Of a stretch of 64,000 nucleotides of DNA, positions 1-9,372 are shown in pieces. Origin of the DNA: Patescibacteria group bacterium (lineage in GTDB: Bacteria; Patescibacteriota; Minisyncoccia; Phycocordibacterales; PALSA-1337); the NCBI GenBank assembly GCA_038065415.1, contig JBBTRA010000002.1, forward strand, positions 13,646 to 77,645, in the 5' to 3' direction. How positions within the stretch are numbered: position 1 is the stretch's first letter; each line of letters begins with the position of its first letter. Under the pieces are notes generated by a model. The model did no database searches, was not told the DNA's origin, and worked only from the letters and a program-made list of their open reading frames with translations. Both the position numbers and the translations under genes were made by a program.

Positions 1-743
1 GACTTTTTGGCGCGCAGAAAAATACGATTTGCATCGCCTTGCTTGCCGTTCTCAGTCCAAACCGCGTCGGTGAGAGGTTGGTTCACATCCGCTATCTCGA
101 TGGTGCCTTGTTTGATGCCGCTACCGTAGAGACCATCTTCTGGGTATGCAACCGCGTGAGAGTAGTAGATCTTTACTGGAGCTGATTCTTGGTATGCAAC
201 CTGATGTATTACGAGTACATGATCTCGTTCACCTTCTTCGGTATTATCGAGCATGGTGATGATGTCGCCAGGGAGGATATCTTTGATCGCAACGATCGCG
301 CTGTTGTCATCGTGTGCAAGAGTGGCGACGTCACAATTCTCGATCGGGCGGAGAGTGCTGCGCAATTTTGCCATGAAACCAGTGCAGCGGACGAATGAGA
401 TACGCTTGCCGAGTACACCTTTCTTGAGTTCTAGGGACTCAGCATTGAGGATGTAGTAGGCGAATCCAGAACAGTCGATACCGATGTTCTCGTCAGTTAG
501 TACCTTCTTCAGGGCATCCCCAGTCAGTGCAGCTATCGAAACATGAGATTTGATAATGATGGTTTGTACTTCATCCAGTATATCGTGCGGTGATCCTTTG
601 CCAGCATTCACGCGCAGAGCTCCACGTGCGAGAACGGTCTTGTTGTTGAAGTAGGGGATCGAGCAGGAAGCTGAACCTACAGTGAAATGGAGATACTGAT
701 CGATCACGGACAAGGCTCGAGGCGTGAGAGTTTTTGTATTCAT
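1..743 (-). CDS. NlpC/P60-like (papain-fold) cysteine peptidase-like protein; 3' end runs off the window
   Basis: Not in the ORF track (no stop in window). Manual translation from ATG 743: MNTKTLTPRALSVIDQYL...IGIDCSGFAYYIL...LPGDII...RDHVLV. DCSGF, PGD and His match NlpC/P60 catalytic motifs. Starts 10 bp after the ATP-grasp stop. Confidence 0.65.
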   Translation of the reverse strand, partial: MNTKTLTPRALSVIDQYLHFTVGSASCSIPYFNNKTVLARGALRVNAGKGSPHDILDEVQTIIIKSHVSIAALTGDALKKVLTDENIGIDCSGFAYYILNAESLELKKGVLGKRISFVRCTGFMAKLRSTLRPIENCDVATLAHDDNSAIVAIKDILPGDIITMLDNTEEGERDHVLVIHQVAYQESAPVKIYYSHAVAYPEDGLYGSGIKQGTIEIADVNQPLTDAVWTENGKQGDANRIFLRAKK

Positions 744-753
744 TAGCTTTGAA

Positions 754-1965
754 CTAGTGTTTCTTGGTCATCATGGTGACTATCTCTTTGCCACGCTCAT
801 TGAAAACGCCGTGTCTCTCCATGATTCCGCGGGCACCTTGGATCCTGAGGAGGTCGGTATTGTATTCAGTATTAGGATAGGGAATGACATTATAGCCAGC
901 CGATTCAAGGGCAGTGATTGCATCGTTTGAGATAGAGTTCACGGTTTTGGTCACTCGCTGGATGATTTGTGCGCCATCATTCACGGGAATAATCTCTTCC
1001 TCGATACTTTCGCCGAGGAGCGCTTTGATGTGTGCCTCGAATGTGGTGAGTCCCGCAACTCCTTGGAGACGGTTCTCTTTTTGCAAGAAGGATTCGAAAG
1101 TTGTAGATGCTGGCTGGCGAGCATTGATCTCGATCAGATGGATGGTGCCACGCTCATCGTCGCGGATGAGGTCTACGCCGTAGAGACCGCGCCATCCGCT
1201 TGCGGTGAGCTTGGTGCCGATGTCTCTGACCATGGTTTGTACATACTCGAGCTCAGTGTCGCTCAGTAAATCATGCGATATGCTCCAGTCATTGCCGACA
1301 GTCGTGAAGACTCCGTCGGTGAATGGTTCCATGCCGGTGATCTGGTAGCTCACACTGCCCATGAGTATCTTGTTGGGCGCGACGATTGCATTGACGGTGT
1401 ACGATGATCCATGGATATACAGACTGCGGCGGGCCATGCGGTTGGGAAACTTTTCTTGGAGGGATGTGAGCTGGGCCTCGGAGTTCACAAGGATAGTACC
1501 GCCACCGGTATGGCCGTGTGCCCATTGGAGGACAAAAGGTTCGCCGTTCCAAGAGAGCTTCTTGGTAGGAGTGATCGTGTGTGGCGGGAGATATTTTTTA
1601 CCGAGGTCACCGAGCCACTCGATCTGAGTCATCTTATTTTCGACCATCTCGGAGAGGGAGGCCTTGGGATTGAGGAGTGTGAGACCGGCTTTGGTAGCTG
1701 CTTCTTCGACACGTGAAGTATTCTTGAAGACGATAGTGTCGGTGTTGGGTGGGATCATGCGGGCTGCATAGGCCTGCTCAATGAGGTCGCGAGTACCAAG
1801 AGTTGTATCCCCGTCGATGAGCTGGATATGGCCGGGGAATTGAGCGGCCAGCTTCTCGCCATAGGGGGTTTTGCCGGCTACCACATAGTAGTTACCCACG
1901 GGGTCTGCGCCCAGCGCACGCTCTATTTCACGGGTTATATAGGTGATGGTGCGGTCTGAATTCAT
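754..1965 (-). CDS. ATP-grasp domain protein (putative amide/peptide ligase)
   Basis: ENK motif, PFVLQWAHGHTGGGT loop and GLYGVDL...LIEINAR motif. Start moved to MNSDRT (1965) because the longer ORF overlaps rsmI and TACATT lies 6 nt upstream. Confidence 0.75.
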   Translation of the reverse strand: MNSDRTITYITREIERALGADPVGNYYVVAGKTPYGEKLAAQFPGHIQLIDGDTTLGTRDLIEQAYAARMIPPNTDTIVFKNTSRVEEAATKAGLTLLNPKASLSEMVENKMTQIEWLGDLGKKYLPPHTITPTKKLSWNGEPFVLQWAHGHTGGGTILVNSEAQLTSLQEKFPNRMARRSLYIHGSSYTVNAIVAPNKILMGSVSYQITGMEPFTDGVFTTVGNDWSISHDLLSDTELEYVQTMVRDIGTKLTASGWRGLYGVDLIRDDERGTIHLIEINARQPASTTFESFLQKENRLQGVAGLTTFEAHIKALLGESIEEEIIPVNDGAQIIQRVTKTVNSISNDAITALESAGYNVIPYPNTEYNTDLLRIQGARGIMERHGVFNERGKEIVTMMTKKH

Positions 1966-2043
1966 GGATTCAATGTAGCAGAAAATGACGCTGATTTCTA
2001 GGCTTGGATTGAACTTATCAGTGAAGTGGAGTAGATTAACTCC

Positions 2044-2754
2044 ATGACCACCTTTTCCGTTATAGGAACCCCTATCGGCAACCTTGGAGACATCACGCTC
2101 CGAGCTCTCGAGACGCTCAAGAAGGCAGACCTCATTCTCTGCGAAGATACTCGTATGACCAAGAAGTTGCTCAGTCACTACGCTATCTCAAAGCCGACTC
2201 TGTCATATCATGCCCAGAGCGCTATATCGCGCACAGAAGATATCTTGAAGTACATTAAAGAGGGGAAGAATCTTGCGCTGGTTTCTGATGCTGGTACGCC
2301 GGGTATATCGGATCCGGGGTCGCATTTGATGCAGATTATTCGAGCGGAATTCAGGGCAGAGCTTGCGTCGGGTGCTTTGAAGATCGAAACTATCCCTGGA
2401 CCGTCAGCGCTTGCGAGCGCACTTTCTATTGCAGGAGTTCCGTGTGCGGATTTTACTTTTTTGGGATTTTTGCCACACAAAAAGGGAAGAGAGACTCTGT
2501 TCAAGGAGATTGCGGTATCCGAACGAACTATGGTGTTCTACGAATCACCGCATCGTATCATGAAGACGCTGGAGGCACTGGAGAAGCAGGGAGAACATAA
2601 TAAATTGATTACGGTCTGCAGGGAGCTGACGAAAATATTCGAGGAAGTTGTGCAGGGTAGTGCCGAAGAAGTAAAAAAATACTTTGAGGATAATAAGGAT
2701 AAGGTCAGAGGAGAGTTTGTGGTGATCGTGTCACCGCAGAAATCTACCGTATAA
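2044..2754 (+). CDS. rsmI: 16S rRNA (cytidine1402-2'-O)-methyltransferase
   Basis: TPIGNLGDIT, CEDTR, LVSDAGTPGISDPG, FYESPHR, RELTK.FEE, RGEFVV motifs. Confidence 0.97.
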   Translation: MTTFSVIGTPIGNLGDITLRALETLKKADLILCEDTRMTKKLLSHYAISKPTLSYHAQSAISRTEDILKYIKEGKNLALVSDAGTPGISDPGSHLMQIIRAEFRAELASGALKIETIPGPSALASALSIAGVPCADFTFLGFLPHKKGRETLFKEIAVSERTMVFYESPHRIMKTLEALEKQGEHNKLITVCRELTKIFEEVVQGSAEEVKKYFEDNKDKVRGEFVVIVSPQKSTV

Positions 2755-2762
2755 ACTATCTC

Positions 2763-2878
2763 AGCCGGAATAAACTACCTCGCAGCAGAGCTGCGGAGCA
2801 TGGACTCGTTTTTTCCGTCGTCGCTCGGACGCTGTGAATGCAGGACGCATTCACGCGCTCCTCGCTAGCCGGAATAAA
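2763..2878. repeat. REP/MITE-like palindromic element bounded by 12-bp direct repeats
   Basis: AGCCGGAATAAA at 2763-2774 and 2867-2878. Inner hairpins CGCAGC-aga-GCTGCG (2781-2795) and GTGAATGC-aggac-GCATTCAC (2834-2854). TTTTTTCCG (2809-2817) can pair with CGGAATAAAA (2870-2879). Confidence 0.55.
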
Positions 2879-2912
2879 AGGGCCGCGCATGTTTTGAATA
2901 TGGCGGCCTGAT

Positions 2913-3353
2913 TCACGCACCGAATGATTCTAGGAATCTGATCGCCTCATGCACCTCCCCGATATCTTTGCGTCGCCGTGAGACCACCGCTGCGCCGCCA
3001 TCGAAGCGTATGACAAGAATGTTTTGTAGATTTTCACCATGAATCACTCGCTGAGCGTTCTTGAGCCGGAATGGCAACTCGCCCGTCCGGATGCTGTTTT
3101 TGATGAGCCTGTCATTTTGCCTGAACAGTGTGTCTCCTGGATCTTGTGGATCGAGGTGGTCATTGTGTCCGAAGCGTATGAAAGGATCCATACCCAAAAG
3201 GAAGCAATCTTCCTCATGTCCTATCCGGTTGCATAGGCCTATGTACCAGCCTTTGTGCTCTGTGAAGAGTCGCACCGCTGTCTCATTTCCGTTCGATGGT
3301 TCGAATGGGTCGGTGTCGTGCTTCGTGAGAGCGTCGAATGTGACGTCGCTCAT
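2913..3353 (-). CDS. hypothetical protein (146 aa)
   Basis: Fills an otherwise empty gap, has a -10-like TACGAT shortly upstream and a GGCCGC hairpin plus T-run downstream on the minus strand. No motif recognised. Confidence 0.55.
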   Translation of the reverse strand: MSDVTFDALTKHDTDPFEPSNGNETAVRLFTEHKGWYIGLCNRIGHEEDCFLLGMDPFIRFGHNDHLDPQDPGDTLFRQNDRLIKNSIRTGELPFRLKNAQRVIHGENLQNILVIRFDGGAAVVSRRRKDIGEVHEAIRFLESFGA

Positions 3354-3396
3354 AAATTTCTGGCGTTATCGTATCACCCTGTGGTATATTTGCAAT

Positions 3397-3639
3397 ATGT
3401 CAAAAAGACAGCTTCTGATAGTGCTCGGTATATGGAACATGGCGTTCCTCTTTCTCGGCTTCCCGGCAGCGGCGGACAAGATTTTTGCCCTCGCTTCTGG
3501 AGCCATTATTCTTACGATCGCAGTGGCGATGAAACCTAGGGAGAAGATAGCGCCAAAGGGTCCTGTTCCGTTCGTTGACCATAAGGTTCCCGTTGCAGAA
3601 GCACACATTACCAACACTGATGCATCGATGAGTTCATGA
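3397..3639 (+). CDS. small membrane protein (80 aa, two hydrophobic segments)
   Basis: C-terminal part of ORF 3061..3639 from MSKRQLLIVLG. TATATT 6 nt upstream. ATGA overlap with the next gene. Confidence 0.7.
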   Translation: MSKRQLLIVLGIWNMAFLFLGFPAAADKIFALASGAIILTIAVAMKPREKIAPKGPVPFVDHKVPVAEAHITNTDASMSS

Positions 3640-4907
3640 TACGGCTTTGGCGTGAGGGCGGATCGACACGCACCACGATCGTGATCGTGGCAGCTTTTAT
3701 TATAGTTGTAGGTTTGATTGTTGCGCTGTGGCGCTTGCCTCTGGGGCGTATTACGTATACGAGTATGGTTGACTCCACGGATTTGTCGGCGGCTGTTGCG
3801 TCATCGACCCCTCTCGTAGAAGTGGCTTCATCGACCCCGGTATGGAAGGCGACACACCTCGATACTCCCGAGGCGGTGAGAGCTGTATACATGACGAGCT
3901 GGGCGGCAGGTAGTCAGAAGTTCAGGAAACACCTTTTCGACCTAGTGGATACGACGGAGATCAATGCTGTTGTTATCGATGTGAAGGATTATACCGGGCG
4001 CATTGCTTTTGATGTTGACGACCCTATGCTCATTGAGACCGGTGCAGTCGAAAGGAGAATACCGGATGTCAAAGAGTTGATCGAAGAACTCCATAAAAAG
4101 GGAGTCTACGTGATTGGTCGCGTCTCTGTTTTTCAAGATTCATATCTCATCAATGTGCATCCGGAGTGGGCGGTCAAGACGAAGGCAGGGGAGATATGGA
4201 AGGACTACAAGGGTGTCAAATGGCTCGATGCCGCAGCAAAGCCTGTATGGGATTATGCTATTGCCATCGGGCATGCAGCCTATGATGTTGGGTTCGACGA
4301 GCTCAATTTTGATTATGTGCGATTCCCGTCAGACGGCAACCTCGAAGATATAGCCTACACATGGGCTGAGGGTAAACAACGCTCCGAGGTTATGAAAGGA
4401 TTTTTTGAGTACGTCCACAATCATTTTTCAGGTACGGGCATACCAACCTCGGTGGATTTCTTCGGACTTACCACGAGTGCGGAGGGAGATCTCGGTATCG
4501 GACAGATACTTGAGCATGGTCTCGAATATTTTGATTATGTTGCGCCGATGGTGTACCCATCTCATTATGGCAAAGGATTCCTTGGATATACCAAACCAGC
4601 TCAGTATCCTTACGAAGTAATCGCATCCTCAATGGGTAGCGCCATCGCCAAGGCCGAGGCAACTACTACTCGCTCAGCTGTGCTTGGTGTGGAGCCGATC
4701 GCTTCTACCACGCCGCAACTCTATACGAAGAAATCGTATGATAAGCGAAAATTGCGCCCCTGGTTCCAAGCATTCGATCTGGGTGCAGTCTATACGCCCG
4801 AGATGGTGCGTAAGCAGATAGAGGCGGCTCATGATCTCGGTCTCGATAGTTGGATGTTGTGGGATGCGGCAAGCGTCTACGACAAGAATGATCTTCTCCC
4901 CAAGTAG
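3636..4907 (+). CDS. membrane-anchored putative glycoside hydrolase (DUF4015-like TIM barrel)
   Basis: N-terminal TM helix; INAVVIDVKD, IGRVSVFQD, GFDELNFDYVRFP, PMVYPSHY, LRPWFQAF motifs. Confidence 0.85.
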   Translation: MIRLWREGGSTRTTIVIVAAFIIVVGLIVALWRLPLGRITYTSMVDSTDLSAAVASSTPLVEVASSTPVWKATHLDTPEAVRAVYMTSWAAGSQKFRKHLFDLVDTTEINAVVIDVKDYTGRIAFDVDDPMLIETGAVERRIPDVKELIEELHKKGVYVIGRVSVFQDSYLINVHPEWAVKTKAGEIWKDYKGVKWLDAAAKPVWDYAIAIGHAAYDVGFDELNFDYVRFPSDGNLEDIAYTWAEGKQRSEVMKGFFEYVHNHFSGTGIPTSVDFFGLTTSAEGDLGIGQILEHGLEYFDYVAPMVYPSHYGKGFLGYTKPAQYPYEVIASSMGSAIAKAEATTTRSAVLGVEPIASTTPQLYTKKSYDKRKLRPWFQAFDLGAVYTPEMVRKQIEAAHDLGLDSWMLWDAASVYDKNDLLPK

Positions 4908-4909
4908 AG

Positions 4910-5038
4910 GTGTTGTACACTTGCATCTTATTTTATAAGGAGTACCATTTACTTCCGGAAAGTGATACTCATGTACAACGATTGATTCGAGACCAAAGGC
5001 CTTGGTCGTTGTGCGTGCACAAGCAAGTAGTACAACAC
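4910..5038. other. structured intergenic element with 15-bp terminal inverted repeat (ncRNA/leader or MITE-like)
   Basis: GTGTTGTACACTTGC (4910-4924) pairs with GCAAGTaGTACAACAC (5023-5038, one bulge). Inner stems CATGTACAACGA/TCGTTGTGCGTG and GACCAA/TTGGTC. Confidence 0.4.
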
Positions 5039-5051
5039 ACAAAATAAAGTT

Positions 5052-5234
5052 ATGGCAAAGGAAATCAAAGGAGCTCGAATCCGTCCGAGCTCAACCGCAT
5101 CTGACATTCTGGGCGGCTACAAGGTCGGGGAGCTTCCTCCGAAGTTCGCCGAACTCGCAGCCTCGCAGGAGCGTCGGGAAAATGCTCAGTCTAGCAGTTC
5201 ACGGCCTTCCACACAAAGAGTCCGTGCACATTGA
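5052..5234 (+). CDS. small basic hypothetical protein (60 aa)
   Basis: ATG after an A-rich leader and followed by a terminator. No motif. Confidence 0.5.
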   Translation: MAKEIKGARIRPSSTASDILGGYKVGELPPKFAELAASQERRENAQSSSSRPSTQRVRAH

Positions 5235-5288
5235 TCCGCCATGACACCTTGATTCCTCCAGCGACTTAGGAAATCGCATGAGAGACCG

Positions 5289-5317
5289 GCCCCCGTGCTT
5301 TTGCAGACGGGGGCTTT
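5289..5317 (+). terminator. intrinsic terminator
   Basis: GCCCCCGT...ACGGGGGC stem followed by TTT. Confidence 0.65.
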
Positions 5318-5341
5318 CGTTATGGTACAATAGTGTCATAT

Positions 5342-7342
5342 ATGGCTCCCGTATCAACTGATGAGAACCGAATAACATACTTTGCCGAGACTGATGCGCG
5401 CAGCAAACGCCTCAAATTTGGCATCAAAGCCAAGGATCGCACTCGCCACGTCTACGTCATCGGTAAGACGGGTATGGGAAAGTCGACTCTGCTCGAAAAT
5501 ATGGCGGTACAGGACATTCAGACTGGTGAAGGGATGTGCTTCATTGACCCTCACGGTAAGACTGCTGACCTCATGCTTGAATATGTTCCCAAGGAACGCA
5601 TTCGTGATGTGATATATATTGCTCCGTTCGATTTGGATCACCCGATCTCATTTAACGTGCTCGAGAGTGTGGATGCAACCAAGAGGCACCTCGTCGTCGG
5701 TGGTCTCATGAGTACCTTCAAGAAGATCTGGGAAGATGCGTGGTCGGCGCGTATGGAGTACATCCTGACCAACACACTCCTCGCTCTTCTTGAAGCTCCC
5801 AACACTACGTTGCTCGGGGTGAATCGTATGCTGTCTGACAAGGCGTACAGGAATGAGATTGTCTCGCATGTCACTGATCCGTCGGTCAAATCATTCTGGG
5901 TCAAGGAGTTCGCCAACTATACCGAGCGTATGGCAGCTGAGGCGGTACCAGCTATCCAGAACAAAGTCGGTCAATTCACCGCAAATCCCCTCATCAGGAA
6001 TATGATCGGACAAGCGCAGTCGTCGTTCGATTTCCGCAAAGCCATGGATGAACGCAAGATCATCATCATCAACCTTTCGAAGGGAAGGATCGGTGATGAG
6101 AATATGAAGCTCCTCGGGGGACTTCTGGTTACCAAGATATATCTTGCTGCGATGTCTCGCGCCGATGTTCCGGACCGCGTCATGAAGATGCTCCCCAACT
6201 TCTATCTCTTTGTGGACGAATTCCAGAACTTCGCCAACGCCTCATTTGCGGACATTTTGTCCGAAGCTCGCAAATACAAACTCAATCTGACTATCGCGCA
6301 TCAGTATATCGAGCAGATGGATGAGGTAGTCCGTCCTGCCGTGTTCGGTAACGTGGGAACCATGATAGCCTTTCGCGTCGGCGCGACCGATGGGGAGGTA
6401 TTCGAGAAGGAATTTGCTCCAGTTTTCGTACTTGAGGATCTGGTTAACCTAGGCTTCGCGCAGATTTACCTCAAACTCATGATCGATGGGTTGAGCTCAT
6501 CTCCATTTTCAGCAACGACATTGCCACCGATACCACATCCAGATACTTCGTATGTGGAGGAGATTATCGCTGCTTCGCGAGAGCAATTCTCGCGTCCACG
6601 TGCAGAAGTCGAAGAGCTGGTTGCCCGCTTCCACGATTCTACACCAGCCGTGAAGAAGATTGAGGCCTTGGGCGATCGCGAGAAGCCGTCACCAAAAGTT
6701 GGGTCTACTTCAATGGCGGCTGTCTCTGCGGCGCCTCGACCCCCAGTAGAAGCGCAGAAATCGACAACGCCAGTGCCACGGCCTCTCGTGGTCTCAAAAC
6801 CTGTTGTAGCAGTTCCAAAACCACCGCTCGAAGGACATTCCAGCCTGAAGGATGCACTTACTTCAGTTATTTCAAAGCCAAAGTCAGTGATTGAAGCACC
6901 AAAGCCTGTTGTTGAAGTTCAAAAACCTGCCCCTGTAATTCCCGTTGCTCCAGTACCTCCTGTGGTTGCCCATGCGGTTGCTCCTGTGTCCAAGCCGGTT
7001 GTTCAGGTTCAAAAAGCACCTGTAGAAATTCCAAAACCAGTGTCGCTCTCAGCTCTCGCACCAAAGCCACAAACACCTCGACAAGATCCAAAGGCTCAAT
7101 CAAAAGAGAATGTAAGCAGTCTCAAGAATGCTTTGGCAGCTGCCATGGCGAAGAAGGGGGATAGTGCTCCACAAGTAGCGAATGTTCAGCCCCTCAAGTC
7201 TCTCGAAAATCTTAAACAGGTGCCCAAGGCTCCGTTGGTAGATTCCAAACCTCCTCAGGCAAATACTGCACACACAACACCAAAACAGGTTCCGCATGAG
7301 GTTCCCGAAGATGTCCTGAAGCGGGTATTGAAAGTAGACTGA
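5342..7342 (+). CDS. VirD4/TraD/TrwB-like (type IV coupling-protein family) ATPase with Pro/Val/Lys-rich C-terminal tail
   Basis: RHVYVIGKTGMGKS Walker A, FIDPHG, LFVDEFQNF Walker B, SEARKY, AHQYIEQ. About 230-aa low-complexity tail. Confidence 0.85.
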   Translation: MAPVSTDENRITYFAETDARSKRLKFGIKAKDRTRHVYVIGKTGMGKSTLLENMAVQDIQTGEGMCFIDPHGKTADLMLEYVPKERIRDVIYIAPFDLDHPISFNVLESVDATKRHLVVGGLMSTFKKIWEDAWSARMEYILTNTLLALLEAPNTTLLGVNRMLSDKAYRNEIVSHVTDPSVKSFWVKEFANYTERMAAEAVPAIQNKVGQFTANPLIRNMIGQAQSSFDFRKAMDERKIIIINLSKGRIGDENMKLLGGLLVTKIYLAAMSRADVPDRVMKMLPNFYLFVDEFQNFANASFADILSEARKYKLNLTIAHQYIEQMDEVVRPAVFGNVGTMIAFRVGATDGEVFEKEFAPVFVLEDLVNLGFAQIYLKLMIDGLSSSPFSATTLPPIPHPDTSYVEEIIAASREQFSRPRAEVEELVARFHDSTPAVKKIEALGDREKPSPKVGSTSMAAVSAAPRPPVEAQKSTTPVPRPLVVSKPVVAVPKPPLEGHSSLKDALTSVISKPKSVIEAPKPVVEVQKPAPVIPVAPVPPVVAHAVAPVSKPVVQVQKAPVEIPKPVSLSALAPKPQTPRQDPKAQSKENVSSLKNALAAAMAKKGDSAPQVANVQPLKSLENLKQVPKAPLVDSKPPQANTAHTTPKQVPHEVPEDVLKRVLKVD

Positions 7343-7362
7343 AGATGTGGAAGTATGGAGAT

Positions 7363-8547
7363 ATGAATACCTCCTCTGGGAACACTCGACCGAAGCGTGT
7401 ACTCATATTCTCTCTTGTATATTATCCTCGCACGATCGGCGGGGCAGAAGTCGCTGTAAAAGAGATCGCTGATCGTATCAGTCCATCTGAGATTGAGTTC
7501 GACATGATCACGCTCCGCAAGCATGCGCCTGCATTCGACCGTGTTGGTACCATCAATGTCCATCGTGTCGGGTTGCCGTGGATCGGCAAGAATACCCGGA
7601 GCTCAAAGCTTTTTCCGCTATCAAAAATCCTCTACATCCCGCTGGCTGGACTCAAGGCGATCTCGCTTCACAGAAAAAATAATTATGATGTCCTGTGGCC
7701 GATCATGGCGAGCTATGCTGGATTCTCCACACTTATATTCAGGGCATTTTTCCCGAAGGTGCCGGTCCTCCTCACTATACAAGAAGGAGACAACTTTGAG
7801 TGTCGTACAGGTGTTCTTGGTTACTTTTTCAGAAAGATATTCAAGAGTGCTAATCAGATTCAAGCCATATCGAACTTTCTTGCTGACTGGTCGAAGGACA
7901 TGGGTGCGACATGTCCGGTAACCGTCATTCCAAATGGTGTTGATGCTGATGTTTTTTCAAAAAAAATATCAGACACTGAAGCACAGGCTCTCAGAGATAA
8001 GCTTGGTAAGAAAACCGGCGATATATTCCTCGTGACCACTTCTCGCCTCGTTCCTAAAAATGGCATAGCTGATGTGATAGCTGCGCTTGAGCATCTTCCG
8101 GTGAATGTGAAGTTTTTGATTATTGGCAGTGGTCAACTGGAGGAGAGTCTCAAGTCACAAGTAGCAAGTAGCAAGTTGGAAGACAGGGTGATCTTTGGTG
8201 GCTTCATGCCGCACGAAGAAATGGCAAAATATGTACAGGTCTCTGATATCTTCATCCGCCCATCGCTGTCTGAAGGTCTGGGCAACTCATTCCTGGAAGC
8301 GATGGCTGCTGAAATACCTGTGATTGCCACCCCTGTTGGAGGTATACCGGATTTCTTGGTCGATGGTGAGACTGGCCTCTTTTGTGATGTGAGCAGTCCC
8401 AAGAGTATTGCCCAGAAGGTGGAGAAGCTCATCAAGGATCGTGAGTCGCGCGACTACATGGTCAGGAACGCGAAGAAGATGGTTGAAGAGAAATATGGAT
8501 GGAAGGGGATTGCTGAGGAGATGAAGAGGTTAATGATCAAGATTTAA
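7363..8547 (+). CDS. glycosyltransferase family 4
   Basis: GGAE, PNGVD, SRLVPKNG, EGLGNSFLEAMA (EX7E). Confidence 0.93.
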   Translation: MNTSSGNTRPKRVLIFSLVYYPRTIGGAEVAVKEIADRISPSEIEFDMITLRKHAPAFDRVGTINVHRVGLPWIGKNTRSSKLFPLSKILYIPLAGLKAISLHRKNNYDVLWPIMASYAGFSTLIFRAFFPKVPVLLTIQEGDNFECRTGVLGYFFRKIFKSANQIQAISNFLADWSKDMGATCPVTVIPNGVDADVFSKKISDTEAQALRDKLGKKTGDIFLVTTSRLVPKNGIADVIAALEHLPVNVKFLIIGSGQLEESLKSQVASSKLEDRVIFGGFMPHEEMAKYVQVSDIFIRPSLSEGLGNSFLEAMAAEIPVIATPVGGIPDFLVDGETGLFCDVSSPKSIAQKVEKLIKDRESRDYMVRNAKKMVEEKYGWKGIAEEMKRLMIKI

Positions 8548-8572
8548 ATACAAAATTAAGTATAGAACTTTT

Positions 8573-9346
8573 ATGACTACCAATCGACACGCATTCATCC
8601 TCTCCACCATTGTTGATGCGGGAAATTTACTCCTTAAGACGCGTGATGAGAAATTCACTATTTCTTTCAAGAATGGTGACAGCAGTGACTTAGTCACATC
8701 AGTTGATATTGTCGTCGATGAATTTATCAAAAAGGCGATTCAGGCTACTTTTCCTAGTGACAAAATCTATTCAGAAGAATCTGCGAAAGATGATTCTGAT
8801 GAACATGATGCATGCTGGACGATTGATCCCATAGATGGAACCTCTAATTTTGCGCGCGGTATTCCGCATTTTGCTGTCTCGCTCGGGTATGTTGAAAAGG
8901 GTGTGTGTATCGTGGGTGCTGTGTACAACCCGATCACAAAAGAGCTTTTTAGTTTTGAAAAAGGAAAAGGCGCCTTTTTGAATGGGGGAGCGATACATGT
9001 ATCAGGAATAGAGTCGTTGAAGGATGCATACGTTTTATTGCATATCGGTCGTCCAGAATCGCTCCGTGAATGGGGTTTGGGTATGCAGAGGAAGCTCCTT
9101 GGATCTGCGAAGAAGACCATCAACCTTGGCTCATCAGCGCTCGATCTCTGTTTTGTGGCCGCAGGGAAAGTAGATGTAACTATTTATGGGACTTTGACTA
9201 CGCTTGATTGTGCGCCTGCAGTTGGAATAGTTCGAGAGGCGGGAGGAGAGATATATGATGGAGAAGGAAAAGCTATTGAATTGAAGACGGGGCCTCAGAA
9301 GATATTTGCGGTAGCAACTAGGAATCTATTTGAGCACGTGCGATAA
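8573..9346 (+). CDS. inositol monophosphatase family protein (SuhB-like)
   Basis: DLVTSVD, SEE, WTIDPIDGTSNF, GSSALDLC, EAGG. The usual WD motif reads LD. Confidence 0.9.
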   Translation: MTTNRHAFILSTIVDAGNLLLKTRDEKFTISFKNGDSSDLVTSVDIVVDEFIKKAIQATFPSDKIYSEESAKDDSDEHDACWTIDPIDGTSNFARGIPHFAVSLGYVEKGVCIVGAVYNPITKELFSFEKGKGAFLNGGAIHVSGIESLKDAYVLLHIGRPESLREWGLGMQRKLLGSAKKTINLGSSALDLCFVAAGKVDVTIYGTLTTLDCAPAVGIVREAGGEIYDGEGKAIELKTGPQKIFAVATRNLFEHVR

Positions 9347-9372
9347 GAGATGGGTAACAAATTTTGAGGAGG

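Noticed and set aside
1966-2178. N-terminal extensions in the ORF track (also 3061, 18233, 21007, 30784, 38445, 57940, 59693, 60373)
   Set aside because: They overlap neighbouring genes or intergenic structure. Downstream ATGs fit domain starts, signal peptides and ATGA coupling better.
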